Positions 52,388 to 64,000 of a stretch of 64,000 nt of DNA are shown piece after piece. The position numbers and the translations under genes were made by a program. This DNA comes from Welwitschia mirabilis (lineage: Eukaryota). The notes under the pieces are model-generated. The model ran no database searches and had not been told where the DNA came from. It worked only from the letters and a program-made list of their open reading frames with translations. The stretch covers positions 17,378,760-17,442,759 of the forward strand of contig JBOZIK010000001.1 of NCBI GenBank assembly GCA_051453625.1, in the 5' to 3' direction. Within the stretch, counting starts at the first letter, position 1; each line of letters opens with the position of its first letter.

Positions 52388-54366
52388 CCCACTTTCGTTC
52401 TAATGACATGCAAGATAACAACCTTAATTATGTGGACAAATGCTATGGCACCGACAGTAGCACATGATGATAGGGCATCATCTGTATAGTTGTCTGGATG
52501 ACCAATAGGATGACATCATTAATAACATGTGAGCACAACCCATGGAGCTAATACTATCACATGGGCACATAACCCAAGGTAAAAAGGCAGTGTTGTCCCC
52601 TCTGTCGTGTTGACAACAGANNNNNNNNNNNNNNNNNNNNNNNNNNNNNNNNNNNNNNNNNNNNNNNNNNNNNNNNNNNNNNNNNNNNNNNNNNNNNNNN
52701 NNNNNNNNNNNNNNNNNNNNAACCCATGGGGCTAATAATATCACATGGGCACACAACCCAAGGAAAAAAGGCAGTGTCGTCCCCTCTGTCATGTTAACGA
52801 CAGACAAGATGACAACTATTTTTACATTTTCGCAATAAATATTGTTGGAAATGGGGTTAAATGAATCATGTGGCCTACTAGTATTTTCTTCATCAACATT
52901 TATGGTTATGGTTCATTGTAATTCTATAAATACCCTTCCCTCCTTCACTTTAAAACCATCTTTTNNNNNNNNNNNNNNNNNNNNNNNNNNNNNNNNNNNN
53001 NNNNNNNNNNNNNNNNNNNNNNNNNNNNNNNNNNNNNNNNNNNNNNNNNNNNNNNNNNNNNNNNNNNNNNNNNNNNNNNNNNNNNNNNNNNNNNNNNNNN
53101 NNNNNNNNNNNNNNNNNNNNNNNNNNNNNNNNNNNNNNNNNNNNNNNNNNNNNNNNNNNNNNNNNNNNNNNNNNNNNNNNNNNNNNNNNNNNNNNNNNNN
53201 NNNNNNNNNNNNNNNNNNNNNNNNNNNNNNNNNNNNNNNNNNNNNNNNNNNNNNNNNNNNNNNNNNNNNNNNNNNNNNNNNNNNNNNNNNNNNNNNNNNN
53301 NNNNNNNNNNNNNNNNNNNNNNNNNNNNNNNNNNNNNNNNNNNNNNNNNNNNNNNNNNNNNNNNNNNNNNNNNNNNNNNNNNNNNNNNNNNNNNNNNNNN
53401 NNNNNNNNNNNNNNNNNNNNNNNNNNNNNNNNNNNNNNNNNNNNNNNNNNNNNNNNNNNNNNNNNNNNNNNNNNNNNNNNNNNNNNNNNNNNNNNNNNNN
53501 NNNNNNNNNNNNNNNNNNNNNNNNNNNNNNNNNNNNNNNNNNNNNNNNNNNNNNNNNNNNNNNNNNNNNNNNNNNNNNNNNNNNNNNNNNNNNNNNNNNN
53601 NNNNNNNNNNNNNNNNNNNNNNNNNNNNNNNNNNNNNNNNNNNNNNNNNNNNNNNNNNNNNNNNNNNNNNNNNNNNNNNNNNNNNNNNNNNNNNNNNAGG
53701 CCACAAGGAGCTAAGAGGATTGTCATTAACCAAATAAGTACCTTGAATATTTTTGTTTAGGTTATTTATTTAAATTAATGTTGTATTTTTAGTATAGTTC
53801 AAGGTAGATTTATTTCTGCAAAATTTTGTTTTCTATAACTTTTAGGAACCCTATCGGTCTCTCTATCATTTAGATAACATAGGGCACAACAGTTCTAAAA
53901 TTTCAAAGTTAGATTGTGTTTTCATAATTTTTCTTCTATNNNNNNNNNNNNNNNNNNNNNNNNNNNNNNNNNNNNNNNNNNNNNNNNNNNNNNNNNNNNN
54001 NNNNNNNNNNNNNNNNNNNNNNNNNNNNNNNNNNNNNNNTCTCTATCATTTAGATAACATAGGGCACAACAGTTCTAAAATTTCAAAGTTAGATTTTGTT
54101 TTCATAATTTTTCTTCTATTCTTAGTCTACTAATAAACTATTGTTATCCTATCTATCCTTTTCATGACATTAGGGATAATAGTCTTGATTTCTGTAATCT
54201 TTCTTCTGTAGTTTTTAGAGTTCTGAAGTTTTTTGAGTTTAGTCTTTCTATGATCGTTGTCCTCTCTATCGTCCTCATGACTAGGTGAAAAACGGTCCAT
54301 TACATTTAATTTTGGTTTTTGTTTACTATTTATGCATGTAAGAATACAATAAATTCTAGTAGAAAG
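52388..54366 (+). mobile_element. LTR and 5' UTR fragment of another Athila-like element
   Basis: GATGAC/GTCGTC-rich U3-like sequence and CTATAAATACCC at ~52924. After the gap comes a T-rich leader resembling the reverse complement of the 36100-36800 and 31350-31450 regions. Confidence 0.5.
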
Positions 54367-55238
54367 ANNNNNNNNNNNNNNNNNNNNNNNNNNNNNNNNN
54401 NNNNNNNNNNNNNNNNNNNNNNNNNNNNNNNNNNNNNNNNNNNNNNNNNNNNNNNNNNNNNNNNNNNTAAAGTAACTCAGTTCACGTTCTACTAATTTTT
54501 ATGTGGTTACCCGTATAGTAACTATCAATTGCCTGTACTGCTATCAGATAGATTCTTACTGTGTGTCATATAGTCATCCATAATAATCTTGTCAGTTGTG
54601 TATCTTTCTATCACATTGGATTTAACTGTGTGTGTTCTGATCACTTATATGAATGAGTCTAGTTGCCTATCTTGCTATTAGATTTGATTAGATTAAGTTA
54701 GTAAGTCATGTACGGTCACCCATTTTTGAAGCAGTATTATAGTTCTTAATAATTCGGTCACCTGATCAGTCACTCGGTACTAAAAGCTACTTACACAAAA
54801 TAATAACTTACAAAAACTCATTAAATTAATCAAAGACAATGGATTCTCAACAAACTCTCCCTTTGTCATTGATTAAGAAAAAATAATAACTTGACATCTA
54901 GATCCTCCCCCTAACTTATTTAACTTTAAAAACAATTAGATTTAAATAAGTTTTGTATATAAAATATTAGAAGAAAATTAGAAGTAATTTATACAAAAAT
55001 AATCTTCTTTGTATTACTCAAAAATTTTCATTACATGTGAATATTATATTTAACCAACTTGCAATGTAAAGAAGTAACAAATATGTTACAAATTTTACTC
55101 CCCCTTTTTGACAAAATTAAGGATGGAGAGGATACAAAAAGACTAGAGGAGATAAAAATACACACAAAGACTTAATCAGACTCTAAAGACTCAAAAGACT
55201 AAGTACCCTTAAACTAAGATGTATTAGTAACTAGAGTC

Positions 55239-56520
55239 CTAATGGTAATTAGGGCCTCCCTGATGTGATGAGTTTTCAAATTGACCTAATGTAGAAGATG
55301 GAAGATTTNNNNNNNNNNNNNNNNNNNNNNNNNNNNNNNNNNNNNNNNNNNNNNNNNNNNNNNNNNNNNNNNNNNNNNNNNNNNNNNNNNNNNNNNNNNN
55401 NNNNNNNNNNNNNNNNNNNNNNNNNNNNNNNNNNNNNNNNNNNNNNNNNNNNNNNNNNNNNNNNNNNNNNNNNNNNNNNNNNNNNNNNNNNNNNNNNNNN
55501 NNNNNNNNNNNNNNNNNNNNNNNNNNNNNNNNNNNNNNNNNNNNNNNNNNNNNNNNNNNNNNNNNNNNNNNNNNNNNNNNNNNNNNNNNNNNNNNNNNNN
55601 NNNNNNNNNNNNNNNNNNNNNNNNNNNNNNNNNNNNNNNNNNNNNNNNNNNNNNNNNNNNNNNNNNNNNNNNNNNNNNNNNNNNNNNNNNNNNNNNNNNN
55701 NNNNNNNNNNNNNNNNNNNNNNNNNNNNNNNNNNNNNNNNNNNNNNNNNNNNNNNNNNNNNNNNNNNNNNNNNNNNNNNNNNNNNNNNNNNNNNNNNNNN
55801 NNNNNNNNNNNNNNNNNNNNNNNNNNNNNNNNNNNNNNNNNNNNNNNNNNNNNNNNNNNNNNNNNNNNNNNNNNNNNNNNNNNNNNNNNNNNNNNNNNNN
55901 NNNNNNNNNNNNNNNNNNNNNNNNNNNNNNNNNNNNNNNNNNNNNNNNNNNNNNNNNNNNNNNNNNNNNNNNNNNNNNNNNNNNNNNNNNNNNNNNNNNN
56001 NNNNNNNNNNNNNNNNNNNNNNNNNNNNNNNNNNNNNNNNNNNNNNNNNNNNNNNNNNNNNNNNNNNNNNNNNNNNNNNNNNNNNNNNNNNNNNNNNNNN
56101 NNNNNNNNNNNNNNNNNNNNNNNNNNNNNNNNNNNNNNNNNNNNNNNNNNNNNNNNNNNNNNNNNNNNNNNNNNNNNNNNNNNNNNNNNNNNNNNNNNTA
56201 TAAGATCTGCAATGATATGCATTTCTTAGCCAAACACGGAGGTAATGAAAGTAGACTGAGATGCATCATACCTGGCATTTGAGTAGAATAACCTGGTAAC
56301 CAAAGGGTAACACGTGCCAAGAACATGAAGGAAATAATCCTAGTTCACTTATTTTAACAGAATCTAAACCTACCTGAGGCTACAAAATTTCATGGGTTTA
56401 CAAGTTCTCTCTAATGCAATAGGGCTTGACTCAAAATGCTTCTCGTACTNNNNNNNNNNNNNNNNNNNNNNNNNNNNNNNNNNNNNNNNNNNAGGTTTGA
56501 CTGTAGCTTCCTTTCTTCTC
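55239..56520 (-). pseudogene. Sirevirus extra (env-like) ORF remnant, mostly in a gap
   Basis: DYFLHVLGTCYPLVTRLFYSN..FITSVFG*EMHIIADL at 56203-56339 resembles the YPxLVREFYAN..VRGxxIxI motif. It lies between pol and the PPTs. Confidence 0.65.
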
Positions 56521-57029
56521 TTTTTAGATCTCTCTCTTAGTCGAGAAAAAGCTATTTAAATTCTAGATATGAGAAAAATCACATGAAAAAAGTGGAAGAG
56601 AGTCCCCCAGAAGCTCATAAAATGATAGAAAAAGATGTTAAAAGAATAAGACAAGAGAAAGGGCAGGCAGATTTTAAAAATATGTTGTGCATCACCTTAA
56701 ATGCGGGCAACTAATTAGAAGGTCAGTTGATCCATGNNNNNNNNNNNNNNNNNNNNNNNNNNNNNNNNNNNNNNNNNNNNNNNNNNNNNNNNNNNNNNNN
56801 NNNNNNNNNNNNNNNNNNNNNNNNNNNNNNNNNNNNGAAAAAGTGGAAGAGAGTTCCCCAAAAGCTCATAAAATGATAGGAAAAGATGTCAAAAGAATAA
56901 GATAAGAGAAAGGGTAGGCAGATTTTAAAAATATGCCGTGCACTACCTTAAATGCAGGCAACTAATCAGAAGGTTAGTCGATCCATGTAATGTTTTAAAA
57001 ATATAAATGTAAGGTGGAAGTCAATCCAA

Positions 57030-57235
57030 ATAATTTGGTGGTTAACCCTGCAAGAAAAAATTTTTTTAGATAAAATCTGAATAAAACTCGGTTAACCTAT
57101 AAGAAATGAGAGGTCAACCTAATGAGTGAGGTCAACCGAAGTGAATTATTCGGTCGACCTAGTTTCTACAAGATTTTACAAGTAAAAATTGAAACTAAAC
57201 CAGTCAACCAACTCAATGTATAATCAACCTAGTGA
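57030..57235. repeat. Palindromic GGT(C/T)(G/A)ACC repeats
   Basis: ggttaacc, ggtcaacc, ggtcgacc and agtcaacc recur between pol and the extra ORF, typical of Sirevirus non-coding motifs. Confidence 0.6.
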
Positions 57236-57369
57236 GTGGAAAATCTAATAATTAAGAAGTCTAAGAGAAAAGCAGTTGGCCTAATGGAAAAAGAGATTGA
57301 TCGGGGTTCAAATATATATGAAAAGTAAATATTTGAACCTCCTCACTGAAACTTATTATCAGATGATGC

Positions 57370-60300
57370 TAAGTGAGGCAAGTCCTTTTTGGACTTAATA
57401 CCTAGAAAATAGTGCAGGGTTAAAAATCGATCTAAATGATTTTATAAAAATATTTGCCAATTGATCTTCTATGCAAACATATTCTAAAGATATTATTTTT
57501 TTCTACTAATTCACGAATAAAGTGGTATCTTATATCAATGTATTTGATGTGAGTGTGTTAAATTGGGTTGTAAGCTATTTGAATGACACTTGAGTTGTCA
57601 CAAAGGATTGGCACTTCTATGATATTTATCCCATAGTTCTTCAAGGTCTATTTCATTCACAAGGTCTAAGTGCAACAATCTCTAGCTGCTATGTACTCAG
57701 ATTTGATGGTATAAAGAGATATAGAGCATTATTTCTTACTATATAAGGCTGTGAGACAATTTTTAAAGAAAACGTATCTACCACTTGTGCTTTTCTGATC
57801 ATCTTTACATCCATCCCAATCTGCATCACTATATCCTATTACGATTAAAGTAGTATTATTTAAAAACCATAAACCAAAATCTAGAGTATGTTTCACATAG
57901 CGAAGCATTCTCTTTGTAGCTGTAAGATGTGATTCTTTAAGTTTACTTTAATACCTGGCATACAAACCAACACTAAAGTCTATATCTTGGTAATTAGCCA
58001 TTAAATATAATAGACTTCCAATAGTACTACGATATACTTTTTGATCCATATCCTTGCTATGTTCATCTAAAGAAAGTTTAACATTTGTAGCCATTAGAGA
58101 GTCCATGCACTTTGCATTTTCCAGTTTGAACTTTTTAATCAAATCTAAGAAGTATTTCTTTTGATTGNNNNNNNNNNNNNNNNNNNNNNNNNNNNNNNNN
58201 NNNNNNNNNNNNNNNNNNNNNNNNNNNNNNNNNNNNNNNNNNNNNNNNNNNNNNNNNNNNNNNNNNNNNNNNNNNNNNNNNNNNNNNNNNNNNNNNNNNN
58301 NNNNNNNNNNNNNNNNNNNNNNNNNNNNNNNNNNNNNNNNNNNNNNNNNNNNNNNNNNNNNNNNNNNNNNNNNNNNNNNNNNNNNNNNNNNNNNNNNNNN
58401 NNNNNNNNNNNNNNNNNNNNNNNNNNNNNNNNNNNNNNNNNNNNNNNNNNNNNNNNNNNNNNNNNNNNNNNNNNNNNNNNNNNNNNNNNNNNNNNNNNNN
58501 NNNNNNNNNNNNNNNNNNNNNNNNNNNNNNNNNNNNNNNNNNNNNNNNNNNNNNNNNNNNNNNNNNNNNNNNNNNNNNNNNNNNNNNNNNNNNNNNNNNN
58601 NNNNNNNNTAAAGATTCCCTATTTGTATTACTGAATTTGTGAATCCAAAAACATATTTATAGGTCCAACCAAGTTCATTTCAAATTCAGAACTCATAAAT
58701 TTTACAAAATCATTTGATAAGCTTTCATTTATTGATCCAAAAATAATATCATCAACATAGATTTACACTAGAATTAAGTTATTATTCAAAAACTTTCAAA
58801 ACAACATTTTATTAATGGATCCTCTAGAAAAACCATGTTGAAGTAAGAATGATGAGAGCTTCTCATACTAAGCTCTAGGAGCTTATTTTAACTGATACAA
58901 GGCTTTGTTAAGTTTATAAACATATTCAGAATTGTGAGGATCAGAAAAATCTTAAGGTTCCTTAACATAAACTTCTTCTTCAATATTTCCATTAAGAAAA
59001 GCATTNNNNNNNNNNNNNNNNNNNNNNNNNNNNNNNNNNNNNNNNNNNNNNNNNNNNNNNNNNNNNNNNNNNNNNNNNNNNNNNNNNNNNNNNNNNNNNN
59101 NNNNNNNNNNNNNNNNNNNNNNNNNNNNNNNNNNNNNNNNNNNNNNNNNNNNNNNNNNNNNNNNNNNNNNNNNNNNNNNNNNNNNNNNNNNNNNNNNNNN
59201 NNNNNNNNNNNNNNNNNNNNNNNNNNNNNNNNNNNNNNNNNNNNNNNNNNNNNNNNNNNNNNNNNNNNNNNNNNNNNNNNNNNNNNNNNNNNNNNNNNNN
59301 NNNNNNNNNNNNNNNNNNNNNNNNNNNNNNNNNNNNNNNNNNNNNNNNNNNNNNAAGAAAGACATGAGCAGTAAATTTCTTAAGAGAATTTATGGTAATG
59401 ATACCTTACTAATCATTTTAAATAATAGAATCCAAAGGATTATCCTTGAGTTCCTTAATTTCTAGAGTCGCTATATCTTTTGAGTTTTCATTTATTTGAT
59501 CACTAGAGCACAAGCGAAAAGGATCATTGTTATGGTTAATGAATTTTAAAGAATCTGAGATATCATGTATTTTTAAATTAATTAATTCTTCCATATGAAT
59601 AGTTCTTTTGTTAAAAACTCTATAGGCTCTACTAGATTAAGAGTATCCTAAAAATATTTCTTCATCTAATTTAGAATTAAATTTAGCTAATTCTTCTCTA
59701 TCTCTTAGAATGGATCATTTACTTTCAAAAGTTTTAAAATATGATATATTTAGTTTCTTACCTTTTCATAGTTATTAGGAGTTTTAGATATTTTCGGTCT
59801 TAAATAAACTCTCTTAGATACATGAGATGCCATGTTCACAGCTTCAGCTCAAATCTGTTTTTGGATGTTTTTGTCATTTAGCATTACTCTAGCCAAATCT
59901 AGTATGGTTCGATCTTTCTTTTTAGCTATTCCATTTTATTGAGGTGTTTTAGGGGCTAAAAATTCATGGCCAATTCCATTTAAGTTGCCATAAATTTTAA
60001 ATCTTTTAGTTTTAAAATCTTTACCATGATCACTTCATATTTTATTTATTACATACCCCTTCTTAGTTTCATAGGCATTAGATTTTACATGAATAAAAGC
60101 TACCAACAAAAACATAAAAAAATTGTTAACCATGACTAGAAAATATCTTTTTCTAGATAGACTCATAGTTTGGATAGGTCCAACTAAATTCATGTAAATT
60201 AAGTCTAAGGATTTACTAGTTGTAATATTGCTAACTCTTTTGTGAGAGGTTTTGGTTTGTTTTCCCTTTTGATAAGCATCACATAGCCCTTTGTGAGAAA

Positions 60301-63300
60301 AAGAGATTTTAGGGAGACCCCTAACTATCATATCATGACATAATTTTTTCAAAGATTTAAAACTCATATGACTTAAACATTAATACCAAATAACGTTATC
60401 TTGAGTATGAGATGATACACATGTAGNNNNNNNNNNNNNNNNNNNNNNNNNNACATTATCATGTCTATTTTCTATAAGTAGAGGTTGATCAATTTTTTCG
60501 TGTTTCATAATATATGTGTTTTCATCAAAAAGGTCTTTATGACCCTTATCATAAATCTGACTAATGCTTAACAAATTATTCTTTAAACCATTAACAAATA
60601 AAACATTATGAATATTTAGTAAATTACCTTTATTAATGCTTCCAATTCCTTTAATTTGAAATCTTTCATTATCTCCGAAAGTGATTTCTTCTCCATTGTA
60701 TTCCTTGAAGCTGATGAAGTTTAATTTATTATGTGTCATATGTCTCAACCAACCACTATCTAGATACTAACACAAATTATTAGTTACTTTTAAAGCCATT
60801 TGGATCAATAATTTATTAAGCATTAGTCAGATTTATGATAAGGATCATAAAGATGAAGGACTTCATGAGATTCAATGCTATTCCTACAAAGATTTTGGTC
60901 ATACTTCAAATGTCTACCCAAATAACAGAAAGAATGACAAAAGAAAGGAAAAGAAAGTCCTATCTGCAACATGGGATAATGATGAAAGTAAAAGTGAACA
61001 AAACTCAGATTTAGAACATGGTGGTATCTCTCTTATGGCTATCATCAATGAAAATGTATGTTCTACTTCTAACATTAACTCAGTTATTAGTGAAGATATG
61101 CTTAATGATATTAAATTGGAATTATATTTGGAATGCCAAAATCTAGCTCACAGATTAAACCAATTAGAAAAGAAAATAAGATCCTTCTAGATGAGCTTGA
61201 GATTAGGAAAAAGGAAGTTAATGATCTAAAAAATAGCCTTGCATCAACTTCCTATAGAATAAAGAATCAAACCTCTAAAAAATCATTTCCTAGATATGAC
61301 CCTTATCNNNNNNNNNNAAAACATTATGAATATTCAATAAATTACCTCTACTAATGCTTCCAATTCCTTTAATTTGAGATCTTTCATTATCTCCGAAAGT
61401 GATTTCTTCTTCATTGTATTTCTTGAAGCTGATGAAGTTTGATTTGTTATTTGTCATATGTCTTAACTAACCACTATCTAGATACTAACACAAATTATTA
61501 GTTACTTTTAAAGCCATTTGGATCAATAGGCTCTTAGTTATATACTTAGGAATCCACCTCAGATATTTATTTCTATTTATAACATGATGAGGTTTTTTGG
61601 TAAATGTAAACTTAGATCCTAAAAGGGAGTGCGGAAATTAACTTTTGGTAAAGACACAATCAATCTTAGAGTGATCTTTTTTGTTCTAATAGTAATNNNN
61701 NNNNNNATTAGCTAAAGAATTCTTAGAATCTGCCTTAGACAAGTGTTTAAAATGAGAGGAGTGATAAGAATTTAGAGATCTAGGGAATGATTTTTTAGAG
61801 GCTTAATTCTTTATTCTATTTTTTAGAGGCTTGATTCTTTATTCTATAGGAAGTTGATGCAAGGCTATTTTTAGGTCATTAACTTTCTTTTTCCTAATCT
61901 CAAGCTTATCTAAAAGGATTTTATTTTCTTTTCTAAGTTGNNNNNNNNNNNNNNNNNNNNNNNNNNNNNNNNNNNNNNNNNNNNNNNNNNNNNNNNNNNN
62001 NNNNNNNNNNNNNNNNNNNNNNNNNNNNNNNNNNNNNNNNNNNNNNNNNNNNNNNNNNNNNNNNNNNNNNNNNNNNNNNNNNNNNNNNNNNNNNNNNNNN
62101 NNNNNNNNNNNNNNNNNNNNNNNNNNNNNNNNNNNNNNNNNNNNNNNNNNNNNNNNNNNNNNNNNNNNNNNNNNNNNNNNNNNNNNNNNNNNNNNNNNNN
62201 NNNNNNNNNNNNNNNNNNNNNNNNNNNNNNNNNNNNNNNNNNNNNNNNNNNNNNNNNNNNNNNNNNNNNNNNNNNNNNNNNNNNNNNNNNNNNNNNNNNN
62301 NNNNNNNNNNNNNNNNNNNNNNNNNNNNNNNNNNNNNNNNNNNNNNNNNNNNNNNNNNNNNNNNNNNNNNNNNNNNNNNNNNNNNNNNNNNNNNNNNNNN
62401 NNNNNNNNNNNNNNNNNNNNNNNNNNNNNNNNNNNNNNNNNNNNNNNNNNNNNNNNNNNNNNNNNNNNNNNNNNNNNNNNNNNNNNNNNNNNNNNNNNNN
62501 NNNNNNNNNNNNNNNNNNNNNNNNNNNNNNNNNNNNNNNNNNNNNNNNNNNNNNNNNNNNNNNNNNNNNNNNNNNNNNNNNNNNNNNNNNNNNNNNNNNN
62601 NNNNNNNNNNNNNNNNNNNNNNNNNNNNNNNNNNNNNNNNNNNNNNNNNNNNNNNNNNNNNNNNNNNNNNNNNNNNNNNNNNNNNNNNNNNNNNNNNNNN
62701 NNNNNNNNNNNNNNNNNNNNNNNNNNNNNNNNNNNNNNNNNNNNNNNNNNNNNNNNNNNNNNNNNNNNNNNNNNNNNNNNNNNNNNNNCACACTCTTCTT
62801 CTTTTGCTTTTCAAATTTCAACTCAAAAATGTGATGGTTCCCTTCGAGTTTATCTAGTTTCATGATGTCTAGGTCCTTGCTTTCTTCTATAGCAATCACT
62901 TTTGATTCGAATGTTTTTGGTAGAGATCTCAAGGCTTTGTGAAGCACTCTTGATTATTTAATTGATTCACCTAATTCACGCATAGAATTTACAATATCTG
63001 TTAGTTTTGTAAAGAAATTATTTATACCTTTATCATCTTCCATCTTTAGGTTCTCAAACTGGGTGATCAGCAATTAAAGCTTAGCCTACTTTATTAGATT
63101 TATTCCTTCATGAGAAGTCTCAAATATATCCCATGATTCTTTAGTAGTGGTATAGTTCACCACTCTTTTAAAATCTTTTAGACCTATGACACAGAAGATA
63201 GCATTTAGGCCTTTGAAGTTATAGGTTGTAGATTGTTTCTTATCTAGTGTTCATTTGTCCCTACTTTTTGGAATTGCTAACTTGCTAATCAAATCCTACA

Positions 63301-63454
63301 TAGTAGGAGAACAATACCCATTAATAATAGACTCCCAAATTTCTAGGTCACTGGATTGAATAAAGACTTTTATCTTTCCTTTCTAATAACCATAATTTAT
63401 TCCATCGAAGAAGGGAGGTCTTATGATAGAGTTTCCTTTAGTGGATTGACTCAT
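57370..63454 (-). pseudogene. Ty1/copia gag-pol (gag, protease, integrase, RT, RNase H) with stops and frameshifts
   Basis: MSQSTKGNSIIRPPFFDGINYGY*K, LRSLPKTFESKVIAIEESKDL, YLDSGWLRHMT, LCDAYQKGKQ, AFLNGNIEEEVYV, IYVDDIIFGS, YRSTIGSLLYL, YSDADWDGCKDDQKSTSG and KYIDIRYHFIRELVE. Confidence 0.95.
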
Positions 63455-64000
63455 TCTATAGGGATGAATGGAGCAAAGACCTGTTATGATCTATTTCTCA
63501 ATCTTGTTCTCATACCAAAAACAATAAGTATAAATAAATACTAAAACAAGGTATTTAATGGTGGATGGATACCACCCTTCAACTTTATAGACTTCTTATC
63601 CTAGCTAGCATATATTCACTCAAAAGAATAGTTTTCAGGTTTACCAAATAACCTTTCACAATCAATAAGGATTTTATAGCTTATCCTCAACCAAAAACAA
63701 ATGATATATAAAAGGATGCACTAATGCACAAATGTGATCTCTAATGTATATTAATCTTGTTTTCGAAAAATGTATTGATGTAAGTACAACAGAAATCTAA
63801 ACTTTTTGAAATGTTTAGATGTGCTAGTAGAAAGTATAATAGTTCTTATTCAATCTTAGATTTGATAAAATAGTATCAGTGTCCTCTAGTGATTAGAGGA
63901 AAGCTTTTATACTTAAGATGTAATATATGATCATTTCTTCAAAAAGAAATGAACTGTTTTAATTTTCTAAGGAACCGTTGTACTTTTCTAATGAACATTT

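Larger units (their letters stand above)
54468..64000 (-). mobile_element. Sirevirus (SIRE/Maximus) Ty1/copia retrotransposon, degenerate
   Basis: PBS TGGTATGAGAAC at 63506-63517, gag-pol, an extra 3' ORF, several PPT-like tracts (55098-55109, 54905-54912, 54855-54864) and a 3' LTR starting TGTTG at 54852. LTR-like sequence runs from ~63520 to the window end. Confidence 0.88.

Noticed and set aside
22633-62947. Long ORFs of 250-350 aa in the ORF track
   Set aside because: They are open only because they run through N gaps.

Overview
AT-rich, CpG-poor eukaryotic DNA, identified as plant from the transposon and gene families present. It comes from a gappy draft scaffold and contains no intact gene. 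Most 100-N gaps are flanked by two diverged direct copies of the same segment, so the locus is probably two interleaved haplotypes or paralogues. The window is a nest of decayed transposons: Athila-type Ty3/gypsy fragments, a complete pol-less Athila-type element with both LTRs, a PBS and an ATCAG target-site duplication (27551-39803), a Sirevirus Ty1/copia element (~54468-64000, minus strand), and CACTA/En-Spm termini at 6301, 21067 and 50209 with transposase and Ulp1-like remnants. The most interesting signal is the cargo between the CACTA termini. It comprises a decayed RDR1-like RNA-dependent RNA polymerase gene (good support) lying head-to-head with a very divergent Argonaute-like remnant (moderate support), a chromomethylase-like remnant (moderate support) and a near full-length UDP-glucose dehydrogenase pseudogene (strong support). 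All protein assignments were made by eye from manual translations compared with remembered family motifs. No search was run.
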